Shown here: positions 1 through 9,904 of the stretch, one piece after another | Position numbering within the stretch: the stretch's first letter is position 1 | Layout: each line of letters begins with the position of its first letter | Assembly: GCA_002269645.1 (NCBI GenBank) | Contig: NIVC01000796.1 | Coordinates: 1-29,497 of the forward strand | Direction of reading: 5' to 3' | DNA from: Macrostomum lignano | Lineage: Eukaryota | DNA length: 29,497 bases | Translations under genes and position numbers: made by a program | The notes under the pieces: model-generated | Told to the model about the DNA's origin: nothing | Databases searched by the model: none | Seen by the model: only the letters and a program-made list of their open reading frames with translations

Positions 1-2
1 CT

Positions 3-113
3 GCTGCTGCTGCTGCTGCTGGATCAGCTGCGCGCGTCGTCGCCAAAGAGGAGGCGCAGAAAGCTGAACATTTGCGGAAATGTATGGATATGAATGTGGC
101 ACTTTATCCTTAA
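3..113 (+). other. Possible 3' end of an ORF entering from the left (AAAAAAGSAARVVAKEEAQKAEHLRKCMDMNVALYP*)
   Basis: Open frame from the window edge with poly-Ala, ending TAA at 111-113. No domain recognised. Confidence 0.25.
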
Positions 114-1032
114 GTTAAAGTTAAGTTAAGTTAAGTCAAAGGCTCTAATGTTCGCGCCTGCTAAAGCCGCAGAAATTATGTGGATTATACGAGTTGTTGG
201 TTGCTTGCAGCGGGCGGGGTACAGAAATGCTGGACCTCTTTAAGAATGAACAGTGGCGATGGTGAGGGGGGGAACGGTCTGGGTCTAGAGTCTGCGATCG
301 ATGCATAGTCTATGGTTTAAACCCCCCCCTACTAAAACAGTACACTGAGTGTGTCTAACGAAGTAGAGAAGAGGGACGGTCCGGGGTCTATAGTCTATGG
401 TTAACCCCCCCCCCTAAAAGCAGCACGCTAGCTGAGTGAGTCTACAACGAAGTATTGAATCGATACTCAAAGTATACAGTTTAGTAGTTCCAAAAGGTGG
501 TTTTCAAAAGGAGATGTAGATTGCTTGTTTCATATATTTCAAAAAGAGGGTGTCGAAAATCGCAACGAGATTAATACTTACTACCGCCGGTATTGAGACT
601 GTAAAATTGTATATACGCGGCACATTAGCCACAACAAAACTGCAGACAACAACAATATTGCAATATAGAAACCCACGAGAATGGAAATGCCCCAAAAATA
701 CCCCTTTAAGTATGAAACAAGACGAACTGGTGCTATTCCTTCCTTTAAAAGCGATAACTAAAAAACACACAAAAACAAAGGGAAAGTATAACTGTTACAG
801 CTACTAATCGCCTCTGCATGGCTTGGATGTGCCATTTATCTTTTTATGGGAATGTTGCTAAGCACAATTTCGCGATAGTGCTACTGTGCCAACACGCCTT
901 ACGGAAATGTATGAAAATGAATGTAGCACTTTTCCGATGTTTTGTCTGGCACTTTATCCTTAGTTACAGTAGCGTTAAGGCTCTAATGCTCGCGCCTGCT
1001 AAAGCAGCAAAAGGTGCACATAAAGCTGCAGA
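75..1032 (+). repeat. Degenerate direct repeat pair, about 75-175 and about 902-1032
   Basis: Both contain CGGAAATGTATG..ATGAATGT.GCACT..TTATCCTTA...AAGGCTCTAATG.TCGCGCCTGCTAAAGC. Confidence 0.8.
275..465 (+). repeat. Two degenerate tandem units of about 90 bp containing ATAGTCTATGGTT and a poly-C tract
   Basis: ATAGTCTATGGTT(T)AA(A)CCCCCCC...CTGAGTG.GTCTA..ACGAAGTA occurs twice. Confidence 0.7.
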
Positions 1033-1353
1033 ATAGTTGAATTTTTACTGTCCCTGCAGTGGCTCGTATAATAGCTGTAACACGAAATTGTTGGAACTTG
1101 AACGGCCAAATGTGAACTTTGTTGCGTTGCTGACGCACGAGTAATATTACCTAGCTTTGTGTTTACCTGCGTTCTACGGCGCATCCTGCACTATGTGAGC
1201 AGCCTAGCAACAACAACAAAATCCACTACTAATGCATATAAGGCCGGCTTGATTGCTAGGAGGGGAATCGGGATTTGGGAATATTTAAGGGCAGGGAAAG
1301 CAGTGCGTCATCGTTTATCTGCCCCGTTGTTCATCAATCCAGCTAATCAAGCT

Positions 1354-3811
1354 CTAATCAGACTCTGCGCGAGCATCATCCTGCAGCTGGCAGCCGGTGC
1401 ACCGGAATATGTCGTGCTTCACGTGAATACACTGGCCGCCGGAGTTGACCCGCCTGACAAAGTCTATGGGCAGATCGGCGGGAGGGACATGGCCAGCGAG
1501 CATCACCGGGCCGCTCCATTCAGTCAGAATGAGGGCCTTGTGCTTGGCGTTGATGGTAAATTTATCGCGATTGAGCAGCAGAAGCAGCTGCTGCGAGGAG
1601 GCCTGCGAGACGCTTAGCTCATCAAAGAACAGACACCTATGAATGCCCAGGCGCAGACCGTCGAAGGCAAAACCCTCGTCAAGGTTCGGAGTGAATACGG
1701 TCTCACGACCAAAATGCAGGCCCACCATTGCTGATTTGCCCACTCCACTGGCACCCCATAGGTACAGGATTGAGGGCACAACTACAGTCTGCCGCATCGC
1801 TGTGCAGATTGCCTGCTGAATCGCGCAGCTTCCACCTAGCGCGATGCGGTGTGTTGCCACATTGCTGCACCCCGGCTGATCCGTATTTGAAGCGGCTGTG
1901 TCGCCGCGTGGAGGCACCTGCATGCATTGTACAGGCAGAGGGTGACATGCCCCGCACATACTCGGCCAGACAATGGTGCTGGGGAGCAGTGACACGCCGT
2001 GCTCTTCGGCACGAATTCTGCGCATCTGTTGCACCGTTGTAAAGTAATCCATGGTCTGCTTCAAAAGCAGTGGATTACCGCAGACGAGATGGGGGTCGTC
2101 TGGTCGCGGTGCCATACTCCCCAGCGGATATGACATAGCCCATCTGTACAGTTGGACAACGCGGGACAGACAAGCGTCGTCGATTTCGGTGATGGCGGCT
2201 GTGGGGTCGTGCATGGTCACCCGTCATATTTCGGCAGCTGCTGAGCGCACGCTCCTGATCTCGGCGCATGTCCATCCCTGCACCGCAAAGGTGTGCAGGC
2301 TGGAGCCAGACGCGAAGAAGGAATTGTGCATGGCATTGGATCGCAAAAATATCAACAGCGATCGTGTCTTGTCCACAGGGCAAGATGGAGTCGGGGCGTA
2401 CGCGTCAGTCATGTGCGCGGGAGTCAGCATAAATTCGTTATCTGCCAGGCCTTATTACATACAGTAGTAGTAGTTGTTGTTTGTTGTGGTGGCGTTGGGG
2501 GATGGGTTAAAGAGTTTCTTAAAATCGCATGTTCTACGTAGAAGATAATTGTTATGAGTTTTTCAGACACTTGTGAAACGACGCAAACACTCACTCACTC
2601 ACCTATGGCAAACTGTGTCGCGAAGTCGCCGCTCCAGGTGCCGTTGATCATCAGCTTCATCTGGGGCGCGTTCTTGACGTAGTACAGCTGAATCACCGAC
2701 ATTGCACGATGCGAACGCCGGCTCGCATTAGCCGAAAACATTATGTCGTTTGGTATGGTGTCGCTGGGATGCAGCGACACGGACGATGCCAGAAGGCGCG
2801 AGCTCGTTCCCTTCGGCGAGGTGCTAGCCGGCTGCTGCTGCCGTTCCTCCCCCTCTTCGTGGAACAGTGGGATCTCGCCGGCCGGGCAGGTCGTCTCTGC
2901 GAGGTTATATTTAGCTGTCGCCTCCATCTCCCTGGCCGCCAGCTCGTAGCCAGAGGCCAAAGCCCGCTCGCGCTGCGTAGCACTCGACTGCGGTACGGCT
3001 GCGGCGGTGGCTCCTGTGTCGTCGGGAAACAACAATGTGAAAATGATACTACTGTAATATGAGAGAATGTAGCATGAGCAAAAGTGTGAGCGCGAAATGC
3101 ACGTAACCTACCTCTCGGGTAGAACGTCGTCGGCGGGCGGCTCGACCGAGGTCTCGGTGAGGCTGTCGGCGTCATGAATCGGAAGGCAGCAGTAGGAGCA
3201 GCAGGGCGAGTGGTGAAGCGCCAGGGCGCGCCGATGCCGCACGGGCCGATCCTAGGCTGCCGTAGAAGGTGCGGCTTCGGTGACGCTTGAGCAGCAGCGG
3301 CAGCAGAGTCAGTAGTATGGAATGAGGGCGACGCCTTCGGAATAAACTGCAGAGTCGGCGGCTGGTCGCCGCAGCCGGCGACGTGGTCAGCAGGATGCTG
3401 CTGCTGTTCGTCGTCGCTACCGCTGCTGTAGACAATTAATCGCGGCAGCTTGTTAAGCAAGCCGCGCTGCTGGCTTGGTTCCGGCGTCTCATTGGCTATG
3501 ATGCGCCGAGAGGGCGTTGCGCTGCTCGTCTGCGGCGTGCTGACATCTTCTAATAGCATCCGCCGGCGACTGGGTTGCTGCTCCTCATGAAAAGTAGTAA
3601 CAGCAGCGGCAGTTTCCAACTCCTTCTCATGACAAGTAGCAACAGCAGCGGCAGCTTCCAACTCCTCCTCATGACAAGTAGCAACAGCAGCGGCAGCTTC
3701 CATCTGCAGTTGCTCCGCCTGCCGCTCTTCAGCAGCAACTTGTTCTTCGAGCTCGAGCTGCTCTTCCACACTTAACATTATCTCGTCGTCGTCGTCGTCG
3801 AACATGCTCAC
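1354..3811 (-). pseudogene. Spliced gene: acidic low-complexity N-terminus plus CRESS-Rep-like superfamily 3 helicase (disrupted)
   Basis: C-terminal part has Walker A LYLWGASGVGKS (about 1732-1770), FAFDG (WxDGY-like), Walker B CLFFDE, B' LLLLLNRDKFTINAK, motif-C-like PVMLAGH and Arg-finger-like DFVRRV. Two frame-restoring introns: 3111-3052 (GTAGGT..TTACAG, 60 bp) and 2602-2442 (GTGAGT..CAG, 161 bp). One in-frame TGA at 2226-2224 and a frame discontinuity near 3250. TATATAAA on the minus strand about 100 nt upstream of the ATG. Confidence 0.8.
3585..3710 (-). repeat. Three tandem 42-bp (14-aa) coding repeats in the helicase-gene N-terminus
   Basis: AAAAVATCHEEELE / AAAAVATCHEKELE / TAAAVTTFHEEQQ. 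Confidence 0.85.
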
Positions 3812-3909
3812 GATGCTGCTGCTGGAACTGTGTGAGACGATGCGCTATTCTTCTGCGATCTAACCATAAAGACTGCTGCTCTGCTTCTACTAGAAGGGGG
3901 AAGCTTAAG

Positions 3910-3987
3910 TTTATATACATTAACCTATAAACTTAATGTATATTAATACATTATTTATACATTAATACATTGTATATTAATGTATAA
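3910..3987 (-). promoter_or_regulatory. TATA box and AT-rich hairpin upstream of the helicase gene
   Basis: Minus-strand TATATAAA at about 3917-3910. Perfect 13-bp arms TTATACATTAATA / TATTAATGTATAA (3955-3987) with a 7-nt loop. Confidence 0.5.
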
Positions 3988-4030
3988 CTAAAGACTAGTT
4001 ATAGTCCCTAATATGAAATGCGCTATCCCA

Positions 4031-6850
4031 TTAACCATGAGCTGACGGATGGCCCAAATTCGGGTCATGGCTCAACACCCAAAGCCAACGGGGAATTTTT
4101 TTATATCTATGGCCAAAAAACCAGCAAAATTAGCACACCCGTTCTGGACTGATGTGGCCCGAAATCGGGTCAAGTAGTGGCCAATAAGATAGTGAAAACG
4201 CACTTAGAAAAGATAGACTGTAACAAAACAAAGTAATTTCAATTACTCATATATTTTTCTTCTGTTTAAAAGTTAACGACTTAAATTATATTAGAACATA
4301 GTGAAGTGGGGTCATTTTTTTAACTGGAGTGGTCAAAAATGGAGGGAAGCTGTCACAATTGTCACGCTGTCACGTCATTTTCTGTAGAGTTGATTTTAGA
4401 AAACTTTTAGAAAACTGGAAAGAAACAGGTAATACAAAACAACAAGCATCTAAATTTATTATAACTCCAAATTAATACGGAATAATGTAATTTCTATCCA
4501 CGATAATGCAACAAATATATTATTTTATTTCAAGGGGCCTTGGTGCTAGGACTGAGGTCTAGGAGCTGAGAGACCGGGTCCCTGGATTGATTGCGAATCC
4601 TCGCCATCTCTAACACCCCCTGCCTCCCCCGTCTCTGCGCCTGCGGTTATCACTGTGCGAATCCGCCCCTTCCTATTGTAATTCCCTCACCTCTACCCCT
4701 GTGCTCATGACCCTACCCTCTTCTACTGTTTTCTGATTCCTACGTCTCATATTAGTAGTTTCTGTAACCAGGACAATTTCTGGACTATCTGTAACCAGGG
4801 GCTGTGGTGGCACCAATTCAAAATGAAGTCAAAATAGAAAGGCAAATTTGCGGAAAGGGTGGATACTACAATATTTTCTATACTGTCTAATACACATCGC
4901 CAGGCGTCAGACCTAATTGGTTTGAAATTGCATGAAGCAAGCACCAAGGCAGAGTGCTGGCGTTCCCGGGCAAGCTTCGCATACAAACACTGTCTTCTTC
5001 ACTTGGCCAGCCGCATAGCATACTCGGCATCGTTTGCGTGGCCGAGCCTGGTCCCTGTGTCTGGGAGCTTTGCTTGGAGAATGAGCAGCAGCTCCATTGC
5101 CTACAGCACCGGCAGCTGCTCCATCTGGCATTCGACCGCGTCGCCTGGCAACACCAGTGTCCTCCAACAGATATTTGACTGCGAGCCTTATAAACTGCAA
5201 GAAGGTCTTTGTGCCGCCCGATTGCTTGAAGATGACCCAGGCATTTCTCACAAGCATCAGGAAAAGGTGGAACCCAAGCTTGTGGAACCAGCGCATGCTC
5301 TTACGATTGGCTAGGTAAGGGTGCATTGAAGCGTCCAGATGGTCAACACCACCCATGCTGGCACAGTATGCTAACACACTTACAGGCTTCGGCACCACCT
5401 GCACGGCACCTCCACGACGGGTACGATGGACCTGGATGCAATAAGCTTTTCCTGCTGTATCTAGCAGATACACAGTTTTTATGCCGCTCTGCTTCCTGTC
5501 GACAAATTTGCAAGCCAGTAGGTTCCCTGAGCGAGCGAATGCAGATGAACTCGGATGTAGGTTGGCAGCTTGCAGTTCAGCTGGGATACCGCGGTTTTTC
5601 CGTACTGTTCCGGTTAGCAGCGTATCATGCTGCAACAGCCAAGTAGCCAGCCGCTGAGACTTAAACCAACTGTCGGTCAAGACGTGGTGTCCAAGATTAA
5701 GCAAACTGCGGCACAGTTCTGCAACAACCTTCTCACTCATCGTCAAGTCCTGACACCCGAGGCCTTCACCGAACTGATTATTGACCTCAGGGAATGTGTG
5801 GACGACGAAGTTCCATAAGTACGCACTCTCACTCTCACAGATACAATACATTTTAATTCCGTATTTACTTTTCTTTGTTGGAATGTACTGTTTAAAAGCA
5901 ACTCTGCCCTTGTACAAAACGAGTGTCTCATCAACCGACAGTCACTGCCGTGGCATGTAATTGTTGCTGCACAGATGCTTTACGCTGTGCAGAAAGGGCT
6001 CCATCTTTGCCAGAGGGCCATCTCCTAAAGCCTCAGCGCAGTTGTAAAAACGCAGGCAGGACAGCAGCTGCTTGAAGCGGTCTCTTGAGAGCGAGAATGG
6101 CTTGGCCAGAAGGGAGCAATGAAACGCTGGATCGGTTGACCAGTAGTTGGCGATTTCCGGCTTCTTGTCGACACCCATCAAAAGCACGATTCCAACTAAC
6201 GAACTTCATCCGTCGTTGAGTCCCGCCATTTCAACACTTGCTTCGGCAGTGCAGCCTCTGTTTCGGCTTCTTGAAAGATTCTCCAAGCCTTAGCATTAGT
6301 CCAATTGCTGAGGTCTTCGAACAACTGGTCTGAAAAAAAAGCTTTAGGAAAGCATCTTCGTTTCCATCAGCAGTTGGTGGAGGCTGCCAGTCTGGTCGGA
6401 TGCCAGGTGTTCCGAGAAAATCGGGTAGGGCTGATGGCCTGTTGTCCTCATTCGGTTGAACCATGTGCCACCCACCGGCTTGCTCGTTGTTCTCAGCGAT
6501 GTCCATCTCATCGTCCTCAGACCATTCGAAAGTTTCATCAGCGGTGGAATACTGACTCGACGAAGTATCAGAGTCGAAACTGGCGTCTGAATCTATGTAT
6601 GTATATTTGCTTGAAACAGAAAATCTCTGTGCAAACTCTACGCGCAGGCAGTCAATAAGTATAAGTGAAGTCTATGTAGAAACTCTGTGGTACTTTAGAA
6701 ACTTTTCCCGGCGGGAATGGGTGTGAGCATTACAAGAAAAAATTCTAAGAAAAAATAAGAATAGAAAAAATTTGTCAATAAACTTGCCCCGCTGTTGTAA
6801 ATTCGGGCATACACAGTGTATATTTGGGCAGTCGTAGACTGTACATTGTA
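4031..6850 (-). mobile_element. piggyBac DNA transposon (decayed; right end uncertain)
   Basis: TTAA-CC start at 4031. Subterminal GGCCC(A/G)AA(A/T)TCGGGTCA repeats near 4050 and 4156, and a related motif near 6800. Contains the transposase pseudogene. No clean matching TIR plus TTAA found at the right end. Confidence 0.7.
4913..6590 (-). pseudogene. piggyBac (PGBD-type) DDD transposase pseudogene
   Basis: YWSTDP, SRDRFKQLLSCLRF, LSVDE (D1), YIPTKKSKYGIK, TDSWF (D2), MGGVDHLD (D3), C-terminal Cys-rich CRVC..CEAC..LC..CF. Broken by a frameshift near 6340 and in-frame stops near 6200 and 5942. Confidence 0.95.
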
Positions 6851-7101
6851 TCCGGAAAAAGGAGGCAAAGCGGGCAGCCGTGTAATCGCGGGATGCGGTG
6901 AGTATATGCGGGCACGCTATAAAGAGACTGTATAGAAACACTATAGACTATAAGATTATTGCATTGCATAATGTGGCTGCTATAATAAAAAAGCGAGCGA
7001 GACATATGACACAGTAGCTAATATAACAATGTAAACGTTGTATATATAAATATAGACATTCAATTAGAGCAGATAACAGAAGCACACAATGGGATGGGAG
7101 A

Positions 7102-7250
7102 TAGCACAATCGCGGCACAGTGCCCAGCACAATTCCCGTTAAATATACGCGTAGCTAAGCGCAGCACAACTGTATTGTCTGACAGACAGCACTACTCACC
7201 GGCTATTAATTTAGGGGAATTGTGTTAGGCACCTTGCCGTGATTGTGCTA
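7102..7250. repeat. Imperfect inverted repeat: arms of about 43 bp, 64-bp spacer, two GCACAAT boxes per arm
   Basis: Reverse complement of 7102-7144 (ATTTAACGGGAATTGTGCTGGGCACTGTGCCGCGATTGTGCTA) aligns with 7209-7250 (ATTTAGGGGAATTGTGTTAGGCACCTTGCCGTGATTGTGCTA). Confidence 0.9.
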
Positions 7251-7359
7251 GCACTACAGCTACTATTGCTACTAGAGTGTTAAAAGAACAAAAGTAGGTG
7301 CACACTACAACTACTACAGTGTACTATAACTAGAATTAGTAGGCGGCTGAGGTGAGGCG

Positions 7360-7419
7360 AGGCAGATAAGAAATTGTGCTTGGCACCGGAGGTGCCAAGC
7401 AGCAATTTCAAATCTGCCT
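7360..7419. repeat. 60-nt hairpin
   Basis: AGGCAGAT-aag-AAATTGTGCTTGGCACC-gga-GGTGCCAAGCA(g)CAATTT-caa-ATCTGCCT. Confidence 0.9.
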
Positions 7420-7768
7420 GTGGTAATTAAGTACACACTAGCTATAGAGCGTAAAAACAGCAAGAATCGGGGACTGGCAGCTATTTATGGCCAATAGATT
7501 GTAGCTATACAATCAGTCAATAGCTGATAGCCTGTGTGGATAATAGGCGTAGGGGTATATGATGCTGAACGCGGATGTTACAACAAAATAAATAGCCAAC
7601 TATCTAGACAAAGAGGGAGCAAACACAACCTGCACCACGCGTAGTGCAACCACCACAGTGTCACATCGAGCGTGCAATGAAACATAGGGAGAGAAACAGC
7701 AACGACACATACATAAAAGGAGACGGCTTCCAAAGGTCAGACACATGCCTGTCGCAAAAAGTCGCTTA

Positions 7769-9326
7769 TTAGACAGAGGCCGACACGCGGCACAATTTAG
7801 GTTTCTTACTGCCGTTGCGTCTGGCTTTGCAGCCGGACGTCGCCGCCGCCGCATCGGACCAGTCGAACTCCGCCGCAGCCGCCGCCGCTGCACTGGACAG
7901 CAACAAGGAGCGCGTGGCGTCCACAGCAGCCCGCCGTTTCGACGCGAGTTGCGGCACTGCAACCACCTCCGAATGCCGCTGCTGTTGCTGCCGCTTCTGC
8001 GACATTGGCTGCTGCCGCTGCTGAGTCGGCAGCTCCTGCGAGACCCGAGCGGCGATCAGCTCCCGCTGCTGCTGCTGCTGCTGCTTCTGGGACGTTGATG
8101 CTGCCCGCTGCTCAATCATTCCGCTGACGGTGACCTGCATTTCTGTACGACTGGCGAGCACAGCGTTCGGTGCGTAGTGTCGCATAATCATGGTTGTCGA
8201 AGTCTCATACAGCGCCGCCATCTGCTGTATTAGATCAGGGTTGTTCGCCATGACGACGTCCTGCGTCGAGCTGCGGAACACAGTTGGCCCGACGCCTTCC
8301 CGATGTAGGATGCCAGCTGCTCCGGATTCCACAGCGTGGCTGAATGTCGACGGAGACATACGCGTGCCATTGCGGGTGCAAAATACAAAGACCTCGTCAT
8401 CATAGGCGCAGTTGCCGAAGCTCGCGCCTCGACGCCACTTGCGGAGCATCTCGACAAAAGAAGTTGGCAGACAGAGCACGCTGCAACCGACAGACTGGCG
8501 TTTCTTGTGGCAAAGCCTATCATTGTCCCGCCTATAGATGCTGTTTGGCTCCAAATAGGCCAGGCGAAGGCCGCACCATGGCTGGATGCGCAGAGGATGT
8601 TGTACCGTGGCATGCAGCGCAAACCGATTGCGCAGCTGGACCTCCTCAGCGTTAAGGCGGACACCGCCGCTGCCGCTCAGCGCCGCGACAGTTTCGTCAT
8701 CGTCTTCGTCATCTTCGTCAACCTCGATATCGCCAGACTCGTCGCCGTCACCGCCGCCGCCGCCGCCGCCGCCGCCGCTGCTGCCGCCGCCGCCGCTACA
8801 TCGGCACAACCGATGGGTTAGCAGCAGCGGACTCCAGCCGTTGACGCTTCGGCTGCAGCGCTGTCGGGGCACTGGTGAAGGCCTCCTCGTCGGCGAAGAG
8901 TTCCAGCTTGATAGTAGCCGCGACCGAGCTTCCTTCGTTGAACGAGTCATCTTCATCACTGCTGGAAGGCACCACGACGTTTGACACCTTCGTGATGACG
9001 CATTCATCGTCCGCGGCTGCGTTCGATTCGGCCTGGGTCGCTGGCGCGAGCACGACAGGTAGCACTTCCGGCGCCGCCGTAGCAGCCGCCTCAGCAGCGC
9101 TGCAGGCAGCCAGAAGTTCCGCGTCGAAGAAGACGTCTTCTTCGTCATCGTTAGCCGTTGGCTGGTTTGATTCGGTGGCGGCAAGATCGGCTGCAGTCGC
9201 CATCAGGTCGGCATCTTCAGCTGCATAGGCAGCTTCGAAGGCCGCATCGATTTCCGCATCGGTCAAGGGGTACCACACGACCGAGTTGTTGCTGTTGTTG
9301 CTGTTTTTGTTGTTGCTATAGCTCAT
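7769..9326 (-). pseudogene. Tyrosine-recombinase-like gene, copy 1 (acidic N-terminus plus catalytic domain; frameshift near 8800)
   Basis: HPLR (Arg), HKK (Lys), PTVFRSS (Arg) and MRHY (Tyr nucleophile) appear in YR order and spacing. The acidic N-terminal ORF 9326-8796 is in a different frame. Clear paralog at 27911-28906. Confidence 0.7.
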
Positions 9327-9904
9327 AGTTGCGTTAAAAGCAAATTAATTCTTTTAAATTCGAGTGCTGCAGTTTGCTGGAAAGGAGGCAGGATAATTAC
9401 ACTAAGAATTATTAAGCAGCACTAAGCTTTACTTTTAAAATATACAAGTTGTAGAAACAGTAACTAGATACTTATATGCATACGAGTTTTTTTACTTATT
9501 GAAGTTGGCCAATAGATTATTGCAGCGGGCGGGATGCTGTGCGTTTCACCCCGTTTCAACACGCCTAGGCTAACTATAATATTTGATATATTGCGATACG
9601 GCAGATAGTTTGGGCCCTAGACAAACCTACTGGAGCAATTGGAGATTTTAAAGCTATTAGTCCTATTTGTCTATCGCCGGTCGGCGAATCCTACCAAGCT
9701 TTCTTCAATAGTCGCAGATACGGTACAAGAAAATGAATAACACGGTTGAATGCAATTCCAGATAGATTTAGATTGAGTGGTGTTCCTAATCTGACAGAAT
9801 GACTGACAGAGACTTGAATTGAATCCTTTAATTTAATTAACTCCAAATATACACGGATTGAAATAACGCAATTCGCAATTTAACACTTGACAAATGATGT
9901 ATAT

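Noticed and set aside
504-807. Short opposing ORFs (88 and 85 aa)
   Set aside because: No recognisable motif, GTG start for the plus-strand ORF, and compositional bias.
1141-1150. Geminivirus-type nonanucleotide TAATATTAC on both strands (GTAATATTAC palindrome), 200 bp past the Rep-like gene
   Set aside because: No flanking stem, and the Rep lacks visible nicking motifs. A 9-mer in AT-rich DNA can arise by chance.
2224-2226. In-frame TGA as selenocysteine or programmed readthrough
   Set aside because: No SECIS-like evidence and other lesions exist in the same gene. A nonsense mutation or sequence error is simpler.
2741-3250. C-terminal half of the 356-aa ORF 2741-3811
   Set aside because: It reads through an intron (3111-3052) and off-frame exons. 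The spliced alternative frame is more protein-like.
7769-9184. 471-aa ORF as a single intact protein
   Set aside because: Its first 130 or so residues are an alternative frame of the acidic ORF 9326-8796. Only the part after about 8800 looks like real coding sequence.
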